Positions 1 through 6,221 of a stretch of DNA of 6,492 nt are shown piece after piece. The stretch is from a virus (taxonomy: Duplodnaviria > Heunggongvirae > Uroviricota > Caudoviricetes): IMG/VR virus record IMGVR_UViG_2537561930_000009; one strand, written 5' to 3'. The translations under genes were made by a program, and so were the position numbers. Each line of letters starts with the position of its first letter. The stretch's first letter is position 1. The notes below the pieces were generated by a model. It made no database searches, had not been told where the DNA came from, and was given only the letters and a program-made list of their open reading frames with translations.

Positions 1-10
1 TTTAGTGTAA

Positions 11-116
11 TGTTCTCAGATTGCGGCTTTAATTCTTGATTTGTGTTCTTTATTATGCTTTTGTCATTAACTTGTTTTTATGTTCTTTATTTGTGTTCTT
101 GGGTTGGTAAGGTTGG
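11..116. repeat. Short direct repeats in AT-rich leader: TGTTCT(T/C) at 11-17, 44-50, 81-87 and 94-100, ATTTGTGTTCTT at 39-50 and 89-100, and GGTTGG at 102-107 and 111-116; function unknown (iteron-like or protein-binding sites possible)
   Basis: Read directly from the sequence; no coding frame covers the region. Functional assignment is speculative. Confidence 0.25.
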
Positions 117-289
117 GAGAATTAATAGAGAAAACGTATCTCATTGATGATTTTTATCATGTTTCCCTAGTTTTACATGATTTCCTTTCTTAAAAAAAGA
201 TGATGAATATCAATTAGTTATTATTATATTGTTGTTCGTTTCATGCATTTCGGGAGGAGAACAAAAGATGATTTGGCTTAAATATTCAC

Positions 290-367
290 CTTTGCGTTTT
301 TCGTTTTGCTTTGCCTTTTTCATGCAAATTTGCTAGAAATAAGCAAAGATTTAATTATTAAGCAAAG
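290..367 (+). promoter_or_regulatory. Putative sopA promoter/operator with repeated CTTTGC/GCAAAG hexamers and a 10-bp palindrome
   Basis: CTTTGC at 290-295 and 309-314, GCAAAG at 343-348 and 362-367, perfect palindrome GCAAATTTGC at 324-333. Candidate -35 TTGCTA (330-335) and -10 TAATTA (353-358) with 17-bp spacing. GGAG at 377-380 sits 8 nt before the sopA ATG. In F plasmid, SopA autorepresses via CTTTGC repeats in its own promoter (established knowledge); exact sites here are inferred. Confidence 0.45.
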
Positions 368-388
368 TTACAAGCTGGAGATGACAGT

Positions 389-1555
389 ATGTCTTTGAAA
401 AAGTTATTGCAAGATTGTGTTACGAGAGGTCAAGAAATGACCAAAGCAATTGCTATCGCTCAATTCGGTGATGATAGTCCTGAAGCTCGGCGTATCACCC
501 GCCGATGGGGTATAACTGAAGTAGCAGATTTAATTGGTGTAACTCCTCAAGCAATTAGAGATGCTGAAAAGAGCGGGCGTTTACCTGCACCTGACTTTGA
601 AATGAGAGGAAGAATTGAACGTCGTGCTGGTTATACCATAGATCAAATCAACAGTATGCGAGCAGTTTTTGGCAACCCAAACCAACGACCACAAGATAAA
701 AACCCTGTTGTGCTTGCCGTTATGTCACACAAAGGCGGCGTTTATAAAACATCGTCTGCGGTGCATCAAGCTCAATGGTTAGCATTACAAGGTCATCGTG
801 TTCTTTTGGTTGAAGGTAACGATCCTCAAGGCACGGCCTCTATGTATCACGGTTATGTTCCTGATTTACATATCCATGCCGAGGATACTTTACTGCCATT
901 TTACTTAGGAGAACGCGATAACGCTGAATATGCTATAAAGCCAACATGTTGGCCTGGGCTAGACATTATCCCTAGCTGCCTAGCTTTACATCGTATAGAA
1001 ACAGATCTCATGCAATATCATGCTCAGGGTAAATTGCCTCATCCTCCACACCTTATGCTACGCGCAGCTATTGAATCAGTTTGGGATAACTACGATGTTA
1101 TCGTTATAGATAGTGCTCCGAACCTCGGTACAGGAACCATTAACGTTGTTTGTGCCGCTGACGTTATTGTTGTTGCTACACCTGCAGAATTATTTGATTA
1201 CGCTTCTGTTCTGCAGTTTTTCACAATGCTTCTCGATCTATTGGAAAGCGTTGACCTAGGTGGATTTGAGCCAACCGTTCGCTTACTTCTGACTAAATAT
1301 AGTCTCACTACAGGGAATCAATCACGATGGATGGAAGAACAAATAAGAAATACATGGGGATCAATGGTATTACGTCAGGTTGTACGCGTTACCGATGAAG
1401 TAGGTAAAGGCCAGATAAAAATGAGAACAGTATTTGAACAAGCAGCAAACCAACGTTCAACATTGAATGCATGGAGAAATGCTGTTTCTATATGGGACCC
1501 TGTTTGCCGAGAAATTTTTGATGATCTAATAAAACCTCGCTGGGAGAACGAATAA
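389..1555 (+). CDS. sopA: Plasmid partition ATPase SopA (ParA family, type Ia)
   Basis: 388-aa ORF with deviant Walker A KGGVYKTS and an N-terminal extension typical of autoregulatory type Ia ParA. Long stretches match the remembered F-plasmid SopA (e.g. EMTKAIAIAQF, LLVEGNDPQGTASMYHG, WPGLDIIPSCLALHRIE, VIDSAPNLG, RMRTVFEQA). SD GGAG lies 8 nt upstream. Confidence 0.95.
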   Translation: MSLKKLLQDCVTRGQEMTKAIAIAQFGDDSPEARRITRRWGITEVADLIGVTPQAIRDAEKSGRLPAPDFEMRGRIERRAGYTIDQINSMRAVFGNPNQRPQDKNPVVLAVMSHKGGVYKTSSAVHQAQWLALQGHRVLLVEGNDPQGTASMYHGYVPDLHIHAEDTLLPFYLGERDNAEYAIKPTCWPGLDIIPSCLALHRIETDLMQYHAQGKLPHPPHLMLRAAIESVWDNYDVIVIDSAPNLGTGTINVVCAADVIVVATPAELFDYASVLQFFTMLLDLLESVDLGGFEPTVRLLLTKYSLTTGNQSRWMEEQIRNTWGSMVLRQVVRVTDEVGKGQIKMRTVFEQAANQRSTLNAWRNAVSIWDPVCREIFDDLIKPRWENE

Positions 1556-2520
1556 TGAAACAGCGCTCTCTTCTGAAAAATGCTCCAGATATTAATCGCA
1601 TTATGAGTAATAATCATCATGCCCCTGAACATCAGCCCGTATCACCTATAGTTGGTGATTTAAAACGTCAACTGAGTTCATTAACCGGTAACAGCATAAC
1701 TTTGCCAGTATGCGGACGTAATGTTAACTTTAAGTTAGAGACAATTCCCGCAGATAAAGTTGAAATGGCAACAATGGTATGGCTAGGTAATGAACGCGAT
1801 CAAGATTTATTAAATGAATCCTCTCTAGCCGATTTAATCCCATCTTTTCTAACGTCTGGACAACAAAATCCAGCTTTCGCCAGAAAAGTATCTGGAATCG
1901 TTGAAGTCGCTGACGGCTCACGTAGAAGAAAAGCAGCGATATTAACAGGATGTGACTATCGCGTCTTAATTGGTGATCTCGACGATGAACAGATGCATTG
2001 GTTATCCCAAATTGGTAACGATTATAGGCCTATTAGTGCATACGAAAGAGGAAAGAGATACTTACGCAAGCTAAATGACTTTGATGGTAACGTTAAAGCA
2101 TTAGCCGAGGCTGAAAATATAGATAGAAATATTATCACTCGCTGTATCAATACAGCTGGTCTACCAAAAGATATATTAGCTATCTTCAATCATCCAGGAG
2201 AACTGTCAGCTCGTGCTGGAGATTCTTTGTTTAAGGTTTACAAAAAAAACATGGCTGCCATGAGCAATGCTGCTCATCATCTTCTGGCAATTAAAAAAAA
2301 CGGCGAGGATTTAGAATCTTCACGGATTATACAAATACTATCTGACTCTGTTCTGGTTGGCGACGAGGAAAAAACAAAAGACGAGAAAAAATATGGGGAA
2401 GGGATTACTGCTAGATATAAAGGTAATTTTGTAACTATAAAAATTGATAGCCGAAAAATATCTAAAGAAATACTAAGCAGAATTGAGTTGTTACTAGAGG
2501 AACAATCTACTGATAATTAA
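1555..2520 (+). CDS. sopB: Plasmid partition centromere-binding protein SopB (ParB family)
   Basis: 321-aa ORF whose start overlaps the sopA stop (TAATG, translational coupling). Matches remembered F SopB motifs (ITLPVCGR, WLGNERDQDLL, LIPSFLTSGQQNPAF, VADGSRRRKAA, DDEQM, GNDYRPISAYERG, ITRCINTA, HPGELSAR). Confidence 0.93.
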   Translation: MKQRSLLKNAPDINRIMSNNHHAPEHQPVSPIVGDLKRQLSSLTGNSITLPVCGRNVNFKLETIPADKVEMATMVWLGNERDQDLLNESSLADLIPSFLTSGQQNPAFARKVSGIVEVADGSRRRKAAILTGCDYRVLIGDLDDEQMHWLSQIGNDYRPISAYERGKRYLRKLNDFDGNVKALAEAENIDRNIITRCINTAGLPKDILAIFNHPGELSARAGDSLFKVYKKNMAAMSNAAHHLLAIKKNGEDLESSRIIQILSDSVLVGDEEKTKDEKKYGEGITARYKGNFVTIKIDSRKISKEILSRIELLLEEQSTDN

Positions 2521-2524
2521 GAAG

Positions 2525-2547
2525 TATCCCCTGCATTGCAGGGGATA
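2525..2547. terminator. Perfect palindrome TATCCCCTGCA-T-TGCAGGGGATA between convergent sopB and the invertase; likely bidirectional intrinsic terminator (alternatively a protein-binding site)
   Basis: 11-bp perfect arms read directly; effective stem about 9 bp with a 5-nt loop; flanked by T-containing tracts on both strands (TTGATTTAT on plus). Sits in the 49-bp gap between two convergent stop codons. Confidence 0.4.
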
Positions 2548-2569
2548 TTGATTTATGGTTGTACTCCAG

Positions 2570-3124
2570 TCAATGATTCCCAGCCGGAAACCTGCGGTAA
2601 AGCGTGGATAAAGCAACATCGAAGATAATCGCTATCTGTTTACGTGAAACACCATTCACAATAAGCCTTCCGACCTGTTCCCATTGCTCGGGTGCCAGTT
2701 TTGAGCGGCGCCCCCCTATCCTACCGTTAGCCCTTGCCACCGCTAATCCTGCACGCGTTCTTTCAATAATATTTTCCCGCTCCATCTCTGCGACCGCACT
2801 CAGCATTGTGTAGGCAAAGCGGCCAATTGATGTGCTAATTTTTATTCCTTCTGTAACAGAAATAAATTCAATGTTGTTTGATAAAAAATAGTTAAGCAAT
2901 TCAACAAGATGAATCAGAGAACGCCCCATTCTGTCCAGCTTCCAGACAATAACCGTATCACCCGGTCGTAACGCTTTTATCAGCTTATCCAGTCCTGGTC
3001 GTTTTGACTTCGCGCCAGATATTTTATCTTCAAAAATCCGGTCACATCCTGAACTCCTGAGCGCTTCCAGTTGTAACTCCAAATTCTGGTCAAAAGTTGA
3101 CACTCTCGCATAGCCGTATTGCAT
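2570..3124 (-). CDS. Serine recombinase, DNA invertase of the Gin/Cin/Pin/Hin family
   Basis: 184-aa ORF. N-terminal catalytic motif GYARVSTFDQ with the putative active-site serine at residue 9, then IFEDKISG, VWKLDRMGRS, AEMEREN.IERT, GRIGGRR and a C-terminal HTH (GVSRKQIAIIFDVALSTLYRRF). Lies adjacent to an inverted-repeat-bounded segment. By eye roughly half of residues match remembered Gin/Cin/Pin. Confidence 0.93.
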   Translation of the reverse strand: MQYGYARVSTFDQNLELQLEALRSSGCDRIFEDKISGAKSKRPGLDKLIKALRPGDTVIVWKLDRMGRSLIHLVELLNYFLSNNIEFISVTEGIKISTSIGRFAYTMLSAVAEMERENIIERTRAGLAVARANGRIGGRRSKLAPEQWEQVGRLIVNGVSRKQIAIIFDVALSTLYRRFPAGNH

Positions 3125-3188
3125 ACTTTCTAACCTGCAATTGTTGCTGAAAGCGGGAAAAAATATCGTTCAGACGACACGGAGGCAA

Positions 3189-3214
3189 TTCTCAAAAACC
3201 TCGGTTTACAGGAA
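3189..3214. repeat. Left crossover site (gix/cix-like), TTCTCAAAAACCTCGGTTTACAGGAA, predicted central dinucleotide at 3201-3202
   Basis: Near-identical to the remembered Mu gix site (TTATCCAAAACCTCGGTTTACAGGAA). Its reverse complement recurs at the right window edge; the perfect inverted repeat spans 3194-3222 versus 6464-6492 (29 bp). Confidence 0.85.
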
Positions 3215-4363
3215 ACGGTAAATCAGGCTTCTGGCGCATTACAGAAAAACCAGAACGGCGCAGATATTCCCGATAAAAAACTATTCCTGCGTAATATCGG
3301 CACAACAAATTCAACAACCATGTCTTTTAGTGGTGGTACAGGATGGTTCAGGCTGGCAACTGTAACCATGCCCCAGGCCAGTTCCGTGGTTTACATAAGC
3401 CTGATTGGTGGTGCAGGGTATAACGTTGGCTCCCCGCATCAAGCAGGCATCTCTGAGCTGGTTCTTCGTGCGGGAAATGGGAATCCAAAAGGTCTTACCG
3501 GTGCGTTATGGCGACGGACATCGGTTGGACTTACTAATTTTGCATGGGTGAATACATCCGGTGATACCTATGATGTTTATGTTGAAATAGGTAATTACGC
3601 CACACGTGTTAATATTCAGTGGGATTATACCAGTAACGCCAGCGTAACGATTCATACATCACCATCTTATACAGCGAATAAACCAACAGGCCTGACAGAT
3701 GGAACTGTATATGTAATTTACAGTTCGCACATTAAACCGACTGCTGCTGAGGTTGGGGCGTTGTCATTATCTGGCGGTCAATTGAATGGTGCACTGGGCA
3801 TCGGAACATCCAGTGCTCTTGGCGGTAACTCGATTGTTTTGGGTGATAATGACACCGGATTCAAACAGAATGGTGATGGTATTCTGGATGTTTACGCTAA
3901 TAGTCAGCGAGTATTCCGCTTTAAGAATGATGCAGCTTTTTCTTTAAAAAAATTGCTGATCGGAGATAGTAAAACTTTTTCATTATCAAGTTCAAACACA
4001 TCCACTAAGAACGTAATCTTTAATCTATGGGGTACCTCTACTCGTCCTGTTGTAGCTGAATTAGGTGATGATTCAGGATGGCATTTCTATAGCCAGCGAA
4101 ATACAGATAACTCGGTAATATTTTCTGTTAACGGTCAGATACAGCCCAGCAACTGGGGGAATTTTGATTCACGCTATGTAAAAGATGTTCGCCTGGGTAC
4201 ACGTGTTGTTCAGACTATGCAAAAAGGTGTGATGTATGAAAAATCAGGTCATGTAATTACAGGGCTTGGCATTATTGGCGCTGTTGATGGTGATGACCCA
4301 GCAGTATTCAGACCAATACAAAAATACATCAATGGCACATGGTATAACGTCGCACAGGTGTAA
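3194..4363 (+). CDS. Tail-fibre C-terminal variable region, arm 1 (Sv-like); 5'-partial exon that needs fusion to the constant part by inversion
   Basis: The frame is open from 3134 and runs through the crossover site (encoding KNLGLQETVN) in frame into the 347-aa ORF listed at 3320..4363; a stop at 3131-3133 closes the frame upstream. Ends ...RPIQKYINGTWYNVAQV, resembling remembered side-tail-fibre C-termini. No plausible independent start, consistent with Mu S / P1 S organisation. Confidence 0.85.
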   Translation, partial: KNLGLQETVNQASGALQKNQNGADIPDKKLFLRNIGTTNSTTMSFSGGTGWFRLATVTMPQASSVVYISLIGGAGYNVGSPHQAGISELVLRAGNGNPKGLTGALWRRTSVGLTNFAWVNTSGDTYDVYVEIGNYATRVNIQWDYTSNASVTIHTSPSYTANKPTGLTDGTVYVIYSSHIKPTAAEVGALSLSGGQLNGALGIGTSSALGGNSIVLGDNDTGFKQNGDGILDVYANSQRVFRFKNDAAFSLKKLLIGDSKTFSLSSSNTSTKNVIFNLWGTSTRPVVAELGDDSGWHFYSQRNTDNSVIFSVNGQIQPSNWGNFDSRYVKDVRLGTRVVQTMQKGVMYEKSGHVITGLGIIGAVDGDDPAVFRPIQKYINGTWYNVAQV

Positions 4364-4894
4364 GTGATGCAGCATTTAAAAAACATCAGATCTGGAAATC
4401 CAAAAACAAAAGAACAATATCAGCTAACAAAGAATTTTGATGTTATCTGGTTATGGTCCGAAGACGATAAAAACTGGTATGAGGAAGTGAAAAACTTTCA
4501 ACCAGACACAATAAAGATTGTTTACGATGAAAATAATATTATTGTCGCCATCACCAAAGATGCATCCACGCTTAACCCTGAAGGTTTTAGCGTCGTTGAG
4601 GTTCCCGATATTACAGCCAACCGACGTGCTGATGACTCCGGGAAGTGGATGTTTAAGGATGGAGCTGTGGTTAAACGGATTTATACGGCAGACGAACAGC
4701 AACAACAGGCCGAATCACAAAAGGCCGCATTGCTTTCCGAAGCTGAATCAGTCATCCAGCCGCTGGAACGCGCTGTCAGGCTGAATATGGCAACAGACGA
4801 GGAGCGCACACGACTGGAAGCATGGGAACGCTACAGTGTTCTGGTCAGCCGTGTGGATACGGCAAATCCTGAATGGCCACAAAAGCCTGAATAA
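4364..4894 (+). CDS. Tail-fibre assembly protein (U/Tfa family), arm 1
   Basis: 176-aa ORF immediately after Sv (GTG at 4364, ATG at 4367). Resembles remembered Tfa chaperones ([28 protein letters not shown]...[22 protein letters not shown]). N-terminal and central parts are shared with the U' remnant on the other arm. Confidence 0.9.
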   Translation: MMQHLKNIRSGNPKTKEQYQLTKNFDVIWLWSEDDKNWYEEVKNFQPDTIKIVYDENNIIVAITKDASTLNPEGFSVVEVPDITANRRADDSGKWMFKDGAVVKRIYTADEQQQQAESQKAALLSEAESVIQPLERAVRLNMATDEERTRLEAWERYSVLVSRVDTANPEWPQKPE

Positions 4895-4899
4895 AAATT

Positions 4900-4919
4900 A
4901 AGGCCCGATAGCGGGCCTT
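4900..4919. terminator. Bidirectional intrinsic terminator hairpin between convergent U and U' (AAGGCCCG-ATAG-CGGGCCTT)
   Basis: 8-bp GC-rich stem with 4-nt loop; A-run upstream (TTTTT on the minus strand after the hairpin) and GTTTCATT downstream on plus; sits between the two convergent stop codons. Confidence 0.5.
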
Positions 4920-4922
4920 GTT

Positions 4923-5273
4923 TCATTCTGGTTGTTCTGGAAACGTTACTGGCAGGCTGGAGGTGTCTGTAGATTCGACTTTCTGCGCATAGAGCATCCA
5001 CTCGGTTAATTTTTGTTTATTCTCGTCGGAAATGATACCCAGCCGTAGCTGTGAGTCCCATAGCTGTGTTTTATCCCTGACGAGCTGTAGCAGGCTTTGC
5101 TTTTCATTTTCCGCTTGTTGCCTCTGCTCTTCCTCGGTATAAGTTCGCTTTATCACTACGCCATCTTTGAACATCCATTTACCCGAAATATCAGCCCGGC
5201 GATTTGCTGTAATATCAGGAACCTCAACGACACTTTTTCCCTCCGGGCAAATTGCAGTCACATCCTTTTGCAC
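4923..5273 (-). CDS. Tail-fibre assembly protein (U'/Tfa family), arm 2; N-terminally disrupted, probable pseudogene as sequenced
   Basis: 116-aa ORF from GTG, aligning with U residues 61-176. The homologous start (ATGATG at 5457..5452, 3 nt after the Sv' stop) encodes [21 protein letters not shown], then a TAA at 5394..5392. Relative to U there is one extra base near the T-run at 5396-5398, and the downstream frame continues ...TKNSGVVWLWTEDGKNWYEE. Confidence 0.6.
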   Translation of the reverse strand: MQKDVTAICPEGKSVVEVPDITANRRADISGKWMFKDGVVIKRTYTEEEQRQQAENEKQSLLQLVRDKTQLWDSQLRLGIISDENKQKLTEWMLYAQKVESTDTSSLPVTFPEQPE

Positions 5274-5459
5274 GTCGCATATAACATTATTTTCATCATA
5301 TGCAATTTTTATAGTGTCGTCCTGAAAGTTCTTTTGTTCCTCATACCAGTTCTTACCATCTTCGGTCCATAACCAGACGACGCCTGAGTTTTTAGTTTAA
5401 AAGATATTGTTCTTTGGTTTTTGGATTGCCTGGCTTTATGTTTTTTAAATGCATCATAA

Positions 5460-6221
5460 TCAAATACTCGATACGTTATACCATGTGCCATTAATATTTT
5501 TTTGAATTGGTCTGTAATAAACACCACCAATATTATCGGCAGAGTGTGAGCCTGTATCCTGAACAATTATTCCGGTATATGCGCAACCAGATGGAGCCTG
5601 ATGTGTCCATGTTGTGCCATTATTTGCTGGTTTGTATGATGATGCGCCACCAAGTCGGATATCACGTACATAACGGGAGTCAAAATTACCATAATTGCCG
5701 GGAATAATTTGCGAGCCGCAAAGCCAATTCCCGTTATTATCCATGTACGCCTGACCATCGGTGCCATTGTCTGTCCTTGAGTTATTAATCATGTAGATGC
5801 CAAATTGCCTATTCCCCAGTCCACCAATCATAAATTTGCGGTCAGCATGGTCCTGACGTAGCAATGCCTGGGCGCTATCAGTTTTAACTATATTTCTCCC
5901 AAAGATAGCGTTGTTATCGCGCATCTGAATCCACATACCATTACTGCTGTTAATAGCAAAACGGTTTGCAAATATATCCCCTGTAACATCAAGACCATGC
6001 CCCATGCTTATCCGACCAGTTCTAAGATTAAGCGTAAAGGGGCGTAGTGGCCCTATATCACCATTTTCTCCCTCGTTCTCTCGTGTAGGGATGATATGCA
6101 GGCATTCTTCAGAACGGCGAAAAATGGCACCAAAAGATGAATTAAATATCCTCAGTGCATTGACTGTCGATATTTTTACTTCACTGCTAGAAAAGGGCTT
6201 TAACAAGGACAGACAAAGCAT
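5460..6221 (-). CDS. Tail-fibre C-terminal variable region, arm 2 (Sv'-like), C-terminal portion; out of frame with the crossover-site frame
   Basis: 253-aa ORF ending ...YYRPIQKNINGTWYNVSSI and sharing GNFDSRYVRDIRLG with arm 1. Its frame is open only from 6233 and is +1 relative to the frame entering from the right crossover site. Confidence 0.7.
   Translation of the reverse strand: MLCLSLLKPFSSSEVKISTVNALRIFNSSFGAIFRRSEECLHIIPTRENEGENGDIGPLRPFTLNLRTGRISMGHGLDVTGDIFANRFAINSSNGMWIQMRDNNAIFGRNIVKTDSAQALLRQDHADRKFMIGGLGNRQFGIYMINNSRTDNGTDGQAYMDNNGNWLCGSQIIPGNYGNFDSRYVRDIRLGGASSYKPANNGTTWTHQAPSGCAYTGIIVQDTGSHSADNIGGVYYRPIQKNINGTWYNVSSI

Noticed and set aside
381-383. Alternative sopA start at ATG 381
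   Set aside because: That frame terminates after 5 codons (MTVCL*); ATG 389 gives the full SopA with proper SD spacing.
1375-1632. 85-aa minus-strand ORF
   Set aside because: Lies entirely antisense within sopA/sopB coding sequence; no RBS or recognisable motif; explained by the sopAB frames.
1730-1921. 63-aa minus-strand ORF
   Set aside because: Antisense inside sopB; typical spurious ORF.
2604-2813. 69-aa plus-strand ORF
   Set aside because: Antisense inside the invertase gene; low-complexity translation (Ala/Ser/Pro-rich); no independent support.
3320-3322. ATG at 3320 as an independent start for the arm-1 fibre protein
   Set aside because: The frame is open for 186 nt upstream through the crossover site, with no convincing SD before 3320; by analogy with Mu/P1 this exon is expressed only as a fusion to the constant part.
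4451-4784. Two overlapping ORFs (84 aa minus, 88 aa plus) inside U
   Set aside because: Alternative frames of the well-supported chaperone gene; no start signals.
5097-5372. 91-aa plus-strand ORF
   Set aside because: Antisense to U'; leucine/isoleucine-rich translation typical of the reverse frame of an AT-rich gene.
5309-5566. 85-aa minus-strand ORF spanning the Sv' end and U' start
   Set aside because: Off-frame read across the Sv'/U' junction; the homology-supported frames are those of Sv' and U'.
5507-5767. Two 66-aa ORFs (plus and minus) within Sv'
   Set aside because: Alternative frames inside the fibre coding sequence; the Sv' frame carries the conserved fibre motifs.
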